Assembly (NCBI RefSeq): GCF_004010195.1
Contig: NC_057753.1
Location: 4,305,779-4,369,778 of the forward strand
DNA: 64,000 nt
Direction of reading: 5' to 3'
Origin: Chiloscyllium plagiosum
Lineage: Eukaryota
The notes under the pieces were generated by a model, which searched no databases, was not told where the DNA came from, and saw only the letters and a program-made list of their open reading frames with translations. Shown here piece by piece: positions 25,735-38,537 of this stretch; position 1 is the first letter of the stretch; each line of letters starts with the position of its first letter. Position numbers and translations under genes: made by a program.

Positions 25735-26770
25735 TCACAGCGCCAGAGACCCGTGTTCAGTTCCCGCCTCAGGAAACTCTCTGGGTAGAGTTGCACGTTC
25801 TCCCCGTGTCTGCGTGGATTTCCTCCGGGTGCTCCAGTTTCCTCCCAAAGTCCAAAAATGTGCAGGTTAGGTGAATTGGCCACGCTGATTGGGAGAGCTG
25901 TGGATAGTGTGGAGGATTGTCAGAGCGTATTACAGGAAATAGATACGCTGGAGACATCAGCAAAGAAATGATAGACAGAGTTTAATGCTGACAGGTATGA
26001 GGTGATCCATTTTGGTAGATCTAATACAAAAGAGAATTATACAGTAAATGGAAGAAATTTTAAGAGCATCAATATTAAAAGGAATCTGGACGGACAAGTC
26101 TTCATTGCCTGAAAGTGTCAACGCAAGTGGAAAGGTAGTCAAAAAGACATATAGCATTCTTATCGTCCCAGGCTGAGAGATGGAGTTTAAAAATTGGCAA
26201 GACATGTTGCAGCTCTACAGAACTTTATTAAGGCTACTGTTGGAATATTGAGCACAGGGCTGCTTGCCACATTTTCAGAAGAATGTGGAGGCTTTCCAGA
26301 GGGCAGAGAAATGGTGTATCAGAATGTTGCCCCGTTTGGATGGTTTTGCAATGATTAAAAAAAAAAACTGGCTTGTTTTCACTTGAACATTGAAGGATGA
26401 GGGGCGGCCTGACAAAAGCTCAAATATTATAAAATGTATGGACAGACTGCATAGTCAGAATCTGTTTCTCATAGTAGATATATAATTTACTGGGTGGCAC
26501 AGGTTTAAGGTGAAAGGAAGTATGTTCCAAGGAGATGTGAAAGGCAAATATTTTATGCAGTTGGCAGTAAGTGTCTGGGGCGTGCTACCCAGGAGATGGT
26601 TCGGCGAATACGATAGCAATTCATAGAAGACATCTTGACAAATATATGGTGAGGCAGCGAATAAAGGGGTATGTCTCGAATATTGTCCTTTTTTAGGTTT
26701 AGAAGAACATGACGCATATGCACAGTCTTGGCGGCCCAGAGGAATTGTACCTCGGCTTATTTGATCTATG
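25735..26770 (+). mobile_element. SINE fragment (25735-25885) followed by old CR1 3' fragment
   Basis: cctcacagcgccagagacccg SINE head; then FNA..YEVIHFGRSN.. RT C-terminus and tail. Confidence 0.7.
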
Positions 26771-27284
26771 CATTCCTTGATTTCTCTACATTGATGCTGC
26801 CAAATCTGTTGAATTTCTCCAACAATTTCTGCTGTGTTCAGGAAACTTCTTACTGGCTGCAAAGCATTGCAAGAAGCCTATCTGGGAGGTCTCATACCAT
26901 GTAGCATTGTTGGAGCAGCAAACATTGTTATTTTTACATTAGAGTGAATTCGGGTTCGCCTGTTTCACAACGGCCATTCTGTGGCTCTGCATCTACTCTT
27001 TTTAGTGTGATTTAAGAAATAGATCCCTGCAGGAGGCGAGCAAAGTGGCAGTATGCAACAGATAAGCAATACAACAGCTGCTGTTATTGACCGACAAGTA
27101 CGTTTCTACCTTTGATTCCCATACCTGTCAACCATATAGTATTTTCCATAGATATTTTACAACGAAATAAATTACTGTCAATCACTGGTGAGTATCGCAC
27201 ATTGATGGCATTGGAAGAGAAAGTGTATTCGTTATCACGAAGTTTATTATTATTTGTTGACATTTCCAATTCAAAACATGCACT

Positions 27285-27921
27285 TCGGACGACGCTGCTC
27301 CTTTAACAAGGTTAGGTTTTGCTTGGTTCTTATTTCACATGGGTCATAAACGCATAGATTCCAATTTGTCTTGTTTGGGTAGGTTTTTGGGCCGATTTGA
27401 ATATAGATAACAGATGCTTCCTCAGGAAAAAGACTTTCAAATTTAGAAAATGTGCAATGAAAGGGGAGTGGACTGTTCTCTCCCACCTCAGCTCCTCTAG
27501 TTTGGTTTCGTTGCTTTCAGCAAGCAGTCAGCTTCTTGAGGCTGCTGGTCAAAGAAAGGGTTCCATCCTGATCCTCTCTGTCTATGACATCTCCCCTTTA
27601 AGAATCGGCGTTTGATTTGACCCCTTTTTTTGCCAAGACTGTGTTTCTAGGAAAGTTGCAAGTATTTGGAATAGCATCATTAAGTTGCTATAGAGTCGAT
27701 TTGGGTTTAAAATAGTGAAGTTATTCTATTTCCTTTTCTATTTTGTTTGTGTTTTATTTGTAACCTTGCAAAAAAATTATGTTTTGCTTAAAACTAAATG
27801 TTTGGGGCAGTTGCATCATTCCTGGGATATCTACTCTGCACGTGCTTAAATCAACTGGCAAAGTTAGGGTTAGAGCTAATTTCTAGAATTATGTTGAGTG
27901 GGTCTGGCCTGATCCATGACA
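27285..27921 (+). repeat. 5' LTR of the Gypsy element
   Basis: tcggacgacgctgctcctttaacaag...gatccatgaca; aligns with 30775-31393. Confidence 0.85.
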
Positions 27922-30774
27922 GATCGGGGCTTTTTGCGGGATCTACCATTCCAAATTGGGATTAAAAGTGTTGGACATGAAAGGCAGCGAGTGGTAGGTA
28001 ATAGTGTATTTTGCTCTAGGTGTTGATTTCGATGGTAAAAATAATGGTTGAGATGTTAATAGCTGTTCTCTCGCAAAGATTTTTCTGGGCGTGCTGGAAG
28101 TGACTTTGCAGATCTACAAAAGGAAAAGCTGCTGAAGTTGGCAGTCAAGCTGGAGTTGGAACCGTCTCCATGCGTGAGGAAACAAGAGGCAATTACAACA
28201 ATAGATCAGCATTTGGATTTGCTGGGAACGCCATCAGAATATTTAGAGGTGGCTAAGATTCAATTAAAAATGAAGCATCTTGAGTTCGAAGCAAAAGAAA
28301 TGGAAATGGCAAAGAAAAGAAACTCTTTGCATTGCGATTAAAAGCAGAGGAAAGCAAAAACTAACAAATCGCGTTAGCAGAACAAAAGCTAAAAGAAAGA
28401 AAGGGAGAGAGAGGAGAGAGAAGATGAGCAAGAGGAAAGGAGAGAGGGAGTTTGAACTTTAGAAGTTGGCACTTTGACAGGAAAGTCAGCTTAAAAGGAT
28501 GAAGATGAAGGCTGAAGTTAAGCTTAGTGAGGAAGAGAATGGGGATGAGCAAACACATGGTAGCAGAAGGCTCGGTGAGAATGTGTTTAAGTATATCAAA
28601 ACATTGCCTAAATTTGATGTGAAGGATGGGGAAGCGTTTATCATCTCATTTGAAAAGTTGGCTAAGCAAGTGCAGTGGCCAGTGACCGTGTGGGATTTGT
28701 TGATCCAAACAAAGCTTATAAGTAGAGCCATTGAGGTATTGGCATCACTATCAGTGCAGGTATCTGGGGCGCATGAGGAGGTGAAGAAAGCCGTCTTAAG
28801 CGTATTTGAGCTTGTATCAGAAGCCCAATATACAACGTTCAGGAATCTGAGAAGGCACTCTGGTTAAATCTACACTGAGTTTGAAAGGATCAAACAATGT
28901 AATTTTGAGAGACGGATCAGGGCATTATAAATAGAGCAAACCCACGACGCTGTAAGAGAGGCATTATTCTGGAGGAGTTCATAAATTCACTTCCTGAGGT
29001 AGTGAGAATTCATGTAGAAGAGCAGAGAGATAAAACGGTAAGATTAGCAGCTGAAATGGCTGATGATGATGAGTTGGTCCACAAGTCAAAGTTTGGTCTT
29101 TAACATCAATATCAGTCCGTGAGGGGCAGAAATTGTGGCAAAGGAAAATCCTCACGTGGTAAGGAAAGGTATATCTCGGTGATGGTGGTAAGGATAACTT
29201 ACCACAGAGTAAAAAGCGAAACCCTTGAAGTGGAAAGAGAAGGTTAAAGGCTCCAGTGTTTTCACTGTGATAAATTAGGCCACGTGAAGTCACAGTGTTG
29301 GTGAGTTAGTAAAAGCACTGGGAGAGCCAAACGTAGGAAAACAGGATTAGCCAGTGAATTTTGTTGCAGTGGTCATGGAAAGCACAGTGGAGGTTAGAAA
29401 GCTGCACAAGAATGGACAACCTGTTCGGAGCTTGTTCAGGAGGAAGTTTTATCATCTCATTTGAAAAGTTGGCTAAGCAAGTGCAGTGGCCAGTGACCGT
29501 GTGGGATTTGTTGATCCAAACAAAGCTTATAAGTAGAGCCATTGAGATATTGGCATCACTATCAGTGCAGGTATCTGGGGCGCATGAGGAGGTGAAGAAA
29601 GACGTCTTAAGCGTATTTGAGCTGCACAAGAATGTACAACCTGTTCGGAGCTTGTTCAGGAGGAAGTGTCAGATCTTCTGAAACTATATACCAGCGAAGG
29701 TAAAGTTTACTCGCATAGGCCAAAACAGGTAAAGACATTACAATACTAAAGACACAGGATCCTCTGCATCTTTAATGTTGCGGATGAGGAAATATGTACC
29801 TCAGAAGGATTATTCTTGGAAAAAAAGTGCTCATAACGGGAATTCACTGTGAGACAAGTAATGCTAAATTACGTAGAGTGAGGTTCAAGTGTCCAGAGAA
29901 AAGATGAGAAGTGGTGGTAGGAGTACTGGACTTTGACAAAGCCCAAGTCACCTTCCTAGGCCATGGGCAAGTAACTCCATGGATGCAAAAATAAAGGTAA
30001 TTGGTGTGTTTCCATACCGTCGACAGAAAGGGCAGTGCTAAAATTCCTCGAATTGAGTGTTTTTTTTTTAATTGGAAATTCGCTGCCATATTTTGACAGT
30101 GTGACTCTCCACTCACTGAACTGCTAAGGACATACAAGAAGTTACAGTGGATGTTGAACTGTCCGAATGTAATTGACAGTCTGAAAGCTGTGTTAAACAC
30201 TGCCACAGAATCATCCACACCTAATTACGTGAAGCTGTTTAAGCTGGCTATCGATGAAAGTGATGTGGGTGTCAGCGTTGTGCTCTTTCAAGAAGACGAC
30301 AAGAAAAAACAAAGACATACCGAGTATTTCTTTAGGAAATTGAACATTCGTCTGCAGAAATATTCGACAGTTGGGGAAAACAAATTGAGCTTGGTGTTGG
30401 TGTTACAACCTTTCAACGTTTTTGTTATGAAAATCATATAGTCTGACCATAACCCATTGAAGTTTGTGGAAATATTTAACGAAAAAATCCGGATCGTTTA
30501 GGTGGAACTTGTTATTACAATCGTTCAATTTGAAAATTTTGCATGTGGCAGGACGAGAAAAGTGACAGGCGATACATTGTAGAGACTTCAGTGAGAAATG
30601 GAAGCGTTCGGTGGCAGGAGTAAATGGACTGAAACAGAATGTAGTGGTTCATATTTGCATGTTTATAATCAATGTAATGTGTATGGGTGTTGTAGTGCAC
30701 TAACAGTGTAAGATTAAGAGGTTTTAAAATGAAACCATCTTTGCATATTAATGGTTCCCTTTTTAAGGGGGTGG

Positions 30775-31393
30775 TGTGACGATGCTACTCTTTTGACAAG
30801 TCTAGGTTGCCATTGGTTTTCTTTTAGAGGGTTCATAAATGCATAGACTCCAATATGACTGGTTTGGATGAGTTTGATTATAGCTAACAGATACTGCCTC
30901 GGACGAAAAGCTGTCAAGTCGAAAAAAAAATACACTTGGACAATAATAGGAGAGTCGTCATTTCTCCCAGTACAGGTTTTTTTCTGGTTTGTTTGGGTTT
31001 GACTTGAGTTGCGCAAGCAGTCAGTTTTTTGAGGCTGCTGGTTAAAGTAACAGTTCCAAGCTGATCCTTTCTGTCTCTGACATCACTCCTGTAAGAACCT
31101 GGGTTTCAGTTTATCCTTTTTGCCAATGCGGTGTCTATGGGGATATTGCAAGTATTTGGAACAGCACCATTAAGTTGCTATCGAATCGACTAGGTATTTA
31201 AATAGTTAAGTTAATCTATGTTCTGTTCTCTTTTCTTGGTGTTTCATTCGGCAAACTTGCAAATAAATCCCGGTTGGGGCAGTTGCATCACGCCTGGAAT
31301 ATTCACTAAACACTTACTTTAAGCAGCTAGCAAAGTTAGCATCCGAGCTACGTTCTTGAAGTGATTTTCGAGGGTCTCGCTGGGTCCATAAGA
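30775..31393 (+). repeat. 3' LTR of the Gypsy element
   Basis: tgtgacgatgctactcttttgacaag...ggtccataaga, preceded by a polypurine tract. Confidence 0.85.
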
Positions 31394-31554
31394 CACTAAA
31401 TCCATTTTATCATGCTTGTTGACAGTAGAGATGACATTCTAATTATGAATAAAGAAGGGGAGGAAGGAAAGTAATATATTTTTAGATGTAGTTTTCCTCC
31501 AGTATTTACTCAATTAATCGCGATTTGGGCACAGCCTTGTGATTCTGGTACTGT

Positions 31555-31560
31555 TTTATT
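31555..31560 (-). promoter_or_regulatory. Candidate polyadenylation signal AATAAA of gene 2
   Basis: tttatt on + strand, 374 nt past the stop, in sequence alignable to the gene 1 site. Confidence 0.55.
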
Positions 31561-31933
31561 GAAAACAAAGTATATTTGGCATGGAAGAGTATCTTCCCAT
31601 TTCAAAGCATATCATAGCACTAAAGATGAAAACAACATTCAGGACAGGTCTAAATTCAACTTTTTCATTATTCCTATGCATGCATGACTTAACCGAATGT
31701 CTTGCCAATACCCCCATGAAACTAAAACGTCTGGGCTTGTGTGCTTGCATCAGAATTGAGTCAGTATACACACCAAAAGAGAAAATTGAATGAGCACAAT
31801 TTACAAGGGCGAATTGTGGATAGTTAAACCTCTTGCCAATATCAATGAATTGGCTTCAAATTATGCATATGGGTCTGAGGGTCGAACGTGAGACGGTTAC
31901 ACGATTAAAATGTGGAACGCAACACCCTTTAAA

Positions 31934-32841
31934 TCATTGAATTAGTTTGGCAATTAAACTATATGGATAGATAAGTGTATTCTTCAGTGCCATTCTGAAT
32001 TCACCCTGAGTTCCTGCATAAATGAATGGGTTTATACAGGAACCCAAAAGCTGAAGCATGTATCCAGTTTCCTCCAGACTAAATGTTGCCTCACTGTTGT
32101 CAGAACCTGTGTAATAAGGAACATTTACAATTCGTACATAAACTATGGTCATGAAATATATTGTGTATAACAGGACGAAGCTGCTAGAGATGGCAAAGAG
32201 TAAAATAATAGACTTTCTCCGCTTCTCCATCTCTGGGTCACTCTGCTTCTTTTCAATATTTGGATTCCGGAGTCTCCTGCGTGCTCTGTTGGCAGACAGG
32301 ATGTGCCTGATTGTCATAGAATTGAGCAGTAAGATCGAAATGAATGGAACACATGGAGTGATAATTACATGGAACCAGTCATATATGGTCCATGCAGGGG
32401 ATGTATAGTATGTTAATTTAAATGTACAGAACCAGGCAACATTGTTAATGACGTACAAAGGTTCAAACATAAAGTACAAAACTGAATTTCTCAGACAGCT
32501 CAATGTACAGATTGTTCCTATTACCCATGCTGCTGTTTTCTTTGCACAGTACCGTGCTTTCAGCTTAGAGCAACAGATGGCCACAAATCGATCGAAGGTA
32601 AAAGCTGTTGTTAACCAGGCAGAACTGTCAATAGCAGAATAGGTTACAACAATGCGAAGGCTGCATATTGGTGTGATGGACAAATAACTGAATGGGAAAT
32701 AAATTCCACTGATCCGGTTCAATATTACCGCAGTGATAATCAGCAAGAGGTCTGTCACTGCCATGGACACCAGGTAGCAAATGACACAGTTAGACAGACC
32801 ACATCTGCTTCGACGCAGAATCACAATAACTGCAAAGTTTG
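31934..32841 (-). CDS. GPR139-like: GPR139-like class A GPCR gene 2, coding exon 2; spliced product 325 aa
   Basis: Acceptor ttttacag|CA at 32841, open to TGA at 31934; DRF, NPFIY and 7TM pattern; close paralog of gene 1. Confidence 0.92.
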
Positions 32842-34604
32842 CTGTAAAAGATACAGAGAGAAGGTTGCATGGAGTAAGGAAGTTCAATGTTTCTGCATGA
32901 GAATGTGGAAGCACTTGTACAAACAAGACTCTGAAAAGCTTAAACACAAGTAACAACAAATTCCAGAACAGCATCTCTCCCACTGTTATTAGACATCCAA
33001 ACGGATTGCACAAATTTTACATGTGAGTTTGATCTCGATTTTTATGCATCTTCTCTGCAGCCATGACGTTCTATTCAGAAATGTTTTATTCCGCTGAAGT
33101 ACTTTGCATTATGATGTGTTTGTACTGCATACAAAACCAAGCTTTTCACTGCACTTAGGTACATGTGACAATAATTAATTAAATACTGGGTTCGAAAATG
33201 ATGACAGCAAATATTACAGGTGAAAGCGAATAAAATAATATATAAGTGTGGATTTCAAACAAACATAGTTAATATATTGCTGAGAAATTGGAAAATCGTC
33301 TTTCCTGACAGAATCTTTGGATCACCACTTCATCTGCCGATCACTGGAATTTGTTTTCTTGCTCTGACTAAGTTTAAAAGAAAACATAGCAACTCGTGTA
33401 GAGAAAGGATTCATGAGGAAGTGACAGGACTGATGCTGGATCCACTGCTTTCCTTCATTCATGTAAATAATTTGGATGTGAATACAAGAGCCACAGTTAA
33501 TAGGGTTGAAGGGAACACCAATGTAAGTGATATTCTGGACAGTGAAGAAGATCATGTCAGAGCACAACAGCACATTAATCTGATGACTAATGGGCTGACA
33601 ATTGGCAGATGATGTTTAATTTTAACAAATGTAAGATATTGCATTTAGCTAAGACTAAACGAGTCAGGACTCATACATTTAATACTAGCTTCCCTGGAAA
33701 TGTTGCCAAACAAAGTGACGTGGAGGTGCAGAGTTCCTTGAAAGCGGAGTCGCAGTGCTCTGCAGAGTATATTTTGCATGCTTGCCTTCATTTAATATGG
33801 GGACTGCGATGCCAAGCTGTGGTCATACAGAACATTGGTGAGGGCAGTTTTTTAGAACACTGCATACAATTATGTTCGCCATTCTATCAGAAGGATTTTG
33901 TTAAACCCTACTGTTGTCAGAACACTGAATGGACTCACAAACACTTAACATTCACCTGTATCTTTGTTTTTGGTGTTGCCGCTGTTTACCTATTATTTAC
34001 TGATCTGTGCTAGTTAACTGTGTGATCTCCATGTATTGCTCGCAAGACAACGCTTTTCACTGTGCTTTGGTATGCATGACAATAAGTTCGATTCAATTCA
34101 ATTCAACTCAAACCTCAGAGGGTGCAGGGACGATTTGCAAGATGTTACTGGAACTGGAGGGTTTGTGTTAAAGGAAGAGTGTTAAACAACATTTTCCCCT
34201 GAAGCATTGGAGGCTGAGAGGTGACGTTGCAGATGCTAATAACATCATGGAGGGAATGGACGGGGTGAATAGCCAATTTCTGAAGGAGGAGTGCCAAATG
34301 AGAGTGCATAGGTTAAAGGTGAGAGGGGAAAGAATTACAAAGGAACTTGAGGGGTAACATTATCATGCAAAGGATCGCCCATGTATGAGATGAGCTGCCA
34401 GAAGAAGTGGTGGCGACATTTAGAAGGCATCTGGATGGGTACACAGGTAAAACGTGTTTAGTGAGACGTAACCGTTTGCTAGCAAATAACATTAAGTCAG
34501 AATCGGATGATGGTCAGCGTGGACGAGTTGGACCAAATGTATATTTACATGCTTTGAGACTCTATGAATCCTCATTATTGCTCAGAACTGTGAACAGTGA
34601 TAAT

Positions 34605-34900
34605 GGGCGGCACGGTGGTTCGCACTGCTGCCTCACAGCACCAGGATCCTGAGGTTGATTCCCACCTGTCTGTGTGGAGTTTGCACATTCTCCCTGTGTC
34701 TGCGTGGGTTTCCTCCCACAATCCAAAGATGTGCAGGTGTAGTATATTGGCCATGCTAAATTGCCTGTAGTGCTAGGTGCGTTAGTCAGAGGTAAATATA
34801 GGGTAGGGGAACGGGTTTGGGTGGGTAACTCTTCGGAGGGGCAGTGTGGACTTGTTGGGCTGAAGGGCCTGTTCCCACACTATAGAGAATCTAATCTAGT
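34605..34900 (+). mobile_element. HE1/V-type SINE specific to gene 2 intron
   Basis: gggcggcacggtgg..gcactgctgcctcacag head; absent at the gene 3 site (~49828). Confidence 0.85.
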
Positions 34901-35000
34901 CAAATGAAACTGAATGAACGTTATAACCGTACTCAAGAACGTTTGCCCCAGATGCCAGACTCAACATAAATTACGCTGGACACAGAATGTCGAGGAAGTA

Positions 35001-36432
35001 ATCCTGGACATCAAGGAATTGAATGCAGAATCTGTGACAGCAAAACTCTCAGTGGAATAGTCAACAGCAACTCGTGTGGAGGACGGCAATGCTGTGAACT
35101 GAACAATAGTGTGATTACAATCACAACATAGTCAGAAAAGGTAGCATTAGGAAGATGCATGGCGAGAAGACAAAGGTATATACGTAAGGGTGTAAGGGAG
35201 AGAGAGAGTGACAGTAGAAAGAAATGTGCTTGTTTGGGTCCCAGCAGGACTATCCTTTATAAATGATCTTTGTGAGCTTCATTACTTTGAGCCACCATCC
35301 TGCATTGGAAACGTCCGCTTTCATTGTAAGTTTTTCTGTTCATAAGAACTTATTAGTTGAAAGTAAGATTTAGCAATCTATTGAGACACGGCACTGATTA
35401 TCAGCACATTGGAAACAGTTCAAAATCAACATTGACTTGCAATAATCAAGGATTGAGTGCATGACAATGCAGTTAACGAATACAATGGTCAGCAGAAATG
35501 GTTTTCTTCTTTTCTATCAAACATTCAAACGTTAAATAGCATCTATGAACTGAATTAATTCAGGGGGTTATTTCAGAAATTATTCCATCTTTCTTATTCC
35601 TAGACCCAAGAACTGTTTATGAAAACAAATCTCACTACAAATGCCAATCGCACAATTGCATCAGTGTGGTTGGAATGCAAAATTTTCAAATCGTAAGAGC
35701 CAATAGTTAATTGGAAATCCTGGACATCAAGGAATTGAATGCAGAATCTGTGACAGCAAAACTCTCAGTGGAATAGTCAACAGCAACTCGTGTGGAGGAC
35801 GGCAATGCTGTGAACTGAACAATAGTGTGATTACGATCACAACATAGTCAGAAAAGGTAGCATTAGGAAGATGCGTGGCGAGAAGACAAAGGTATATATG
35901 TAAGGGTGTAAGGGAGAGAGAGAGTGACAGTAGAAAGAAATGCGCTTGTTTGGGTCCCAGCAGGACTATCCTTTATAAATGATCTTTGTGAGCTTCATTA
36001 CTTTGAGCCACCATCCTGCATTGGAAACATCCGCTTTCATTGTAAGTTTTTCTGTTCATAAGAACCTATTAGTTGAAAGTAAGATTTAGCAATCTATTAA
36101 GACACGACACTGATTATCAGCACATTGCAAACAGTTCAAAATCAACATTGACTTGCAATAATCAAGGATTGAGTGCATGACAATGCAGTTAACGAACACA
36201 ATGGTCATCAGAAATGGTTTTCTTCTTTTCTATCAAACACTCAAACGTTAAATAGCATCTATGAACTGAATTAATTCAGGGGGTTATTTCAGAAATTATT
36301 CCATCTTTCTCATTCCTAGACCAAAGAACTATTTATGAAAACAAATCTCACTACAAATGCCAATCGCACAATTGCATCAGTGTGATTGCAATGCAAAATT
36401 TTCAAATTATAAGAGCCGATAGTTTATTGGAA
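35001..36432. repeat. 716-bp direct tandem duplication in gene 2 intron
   Basis: atcctggacatcaaggaattg at 35001 and 35717; copies near-identical; single copy in gene 3 intron (~49924-50655). Confidence 0.95.
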
Positions 36433-37046
36433 CACCATTCACACCACACCACTAGTTCAAATTCGGCGCAGAAATAGCATTAAAAAGAAATACTTGTCTT
36501 GCAGTGTGAGAATTTACCAAACTTGATGACGTCAGTAATATTTCACTTACCTCTTTACAACATGGCAATATGTGATATGTTATGACGAAACCTCGACATA
36601 ACAGAATTCCTATCGAATTATATTGTTTTCAATGACCTAGACTTCCATCAAGAACAAGAAAATAATGCAACTAGATTAATATTGTGCACCCATGGAGTAA
36701 ATGACCCAAAGTATATATTGATGGATTCCACAGTGCATACAATCGAAGTTACTGAAATGTGTTGTGGCGACTTTGAAAGCGAAGCAGGGATGCCAGTACA
36801 GCTGGAAATGTTTCCTTGAAGTTTAATGAGAATGTTCACTTGAAAAAAAGTATTATTCAAGCAGAGTCATTGTATAATCTCAGAGCAAATTTATTCCTGC
36901 AAAGAAATAAATTTGCTACAAAATGTAACAGAAAGTTTCTAGTGAAATTGCAGATGGTATATCACTCACATACCAGAACACAATTGTAAATTTGAAACGC
37001 TCATATAGCTCATCATGATTGCCTTTATCATAACTGAATACAGTAC

Positions 37047-37116
37047 CTGGAACACCGATAGCTGCAATGATGGGATAGTAAATGGAAAACAGCAGACCTT
37101 TTGGTATTCCATGCAT
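37047..37116 (-). CDS. GPR139-like: GPR139-like gene 2, coding exon 1 (MHGIPKGLLFSIYYPIIAAIGVP+G)
   Basis: ATG at 37116, donor CCAG|gtact at 37047/37046, 70 nt, phase 1. Confidence 0.88.
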
Positions 37117-38537
37117 AGCTGTCTGCTGCTCTGGATCAGTTCTGTAACCCGTAGAAGGAAAGTCTCATTTATCCATGCTTTCAGGCTCTAGGGACACAAT
37201 CAGCCTGTTTGATTCTTTCAAAAGAGAAAGAAAAAAAAAACGAATTGCGCTCATTGAAACAAAAAGCACAGCTACTCCTGGGATCATGTTTATATTTAGA
37301 TGACATCGAAAGCTCTTCAAAAATACTTGTCCAAAATGAAATCCAAGAGACTGCGTAATGGTTTATGTTGCACCTTATCCCTGAAGGAGTACAGGAACAG
37401 AAATAGGCCATTCAAGCTCTCAAGCGTGTTCTGCCTTTCAATGTAATCACGACTGATTGTGGCCGAACTCAAATGCTTGCCTTTGGGCTACATCCTTCAA
37501 TAGCTTTGCGAAACAAAACAAAGCTATTGTCGATTTACAATTATCAACAGGCTACCATCAGAAAATGGAAAACAAAGCACGCAAGGATACTTTACAAAAT
37601 CAGTTGAAGGGACCCTCCAGCATAAAGTCTCAGTTCCATGGTATCAGCAGAAGGCATAATTGGCGAGAATTAGACTATCTGTAAGCGTGAACACAGCCGA
37701 CTCTTCAAACTGAGTCTTATCCAGTCTGTGATTACGAGTCAACTTGCCTTCACCTCTTGTGATAGCTGAAGTGGGTACGCAAAGGTCTGGCAGTTGTCAC
37801 TTTTACAAATGATTGTTGTGAGAATGTAGAGGGCATTGTTAGGAAGTTTGGGAATGATACTAAAATTAGTGGCAGATTCGACAGTAAGGAAGGTCATCTA
37901 AGATTACTGTCGTCTTGATCAATTAGGCAATGGGCTGTGGAGTGGCAGATGGTGCTTAATTTGAAAAATGAGGTTTTGATTTTTTGTAAGACAAACAAGG
38001 GCAGGACTTTTTCAATTAAAAGTAAGGGATGGTAGGCTGCTGGAGCACAGAAACCTAGATGTTCAAGCGCATGATTCTTTTAAATTTGACATGGAGGTGG
38101 TGTGGTTGTACTTAGCATGTTTGACTTTGTTGCTCACTGCTTTGGGTATAGCAGTTAAGCCATATTGTGGTTGTTTTGGTGAAGCCTCTTCGGAAATACT
38201 GCACAGTCCTTAGTGCTCCTTTATAGGAAGGCCAGTAAGTTGGAGAGGGTTCAGAAAAGATTTGCCAGGATGATGCTGGTCTCATTAATTGGTGAAAGCA
38301 GACGTCTAGATCATCTACATCAATTTCCTTAGATTTTCTTTTCTATTTGCAACCAACTGGATTACATCATTTAGCCATATTGTACTTAAGCTACTGAGCA
38401 TTTACACACTCGGCTTGTCCAAATACCACTGGAATATATCTGCATCCTTCTGACAGCACAGTTAGTTTCTCTCCTCGATAAGCATCGCTCCAACATTCAA
38501 ACTCAGCACCATTCAAGACAAAACAGTTGTGTGGCAG

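Larger units (their letters stand above)
27285..31393 (+). mobile_element. Gypsy (Gmr1-type) LTR retrotransposon, internally deleted
   Basis: Two alignable LTRs, 4-bp TSD cact (27281-27284, 31394-31397), degenerate tRNA-Pro-type PBS after 27921, gag (LPKFD..FEKLA..WP; CFHC..GH..SQC), protease (LKDTGS), RT end (KAQVTFLGH), RNase H (FKLAIDESDVGV..DHNPL), PPT aagggggtgg before 30775. Confidence 0.9.

Noticed and set aside
32842..33013. N-terminal 56 aa of the 359-aa ORF 31934..33013 (and 47312-47465 of the 287-aa ORF)
   Set aside because: Chance open frame through intron and repeat sequence upstream of the acceptor; not conserved between paralogs; the real N-terminus is in exon 1.
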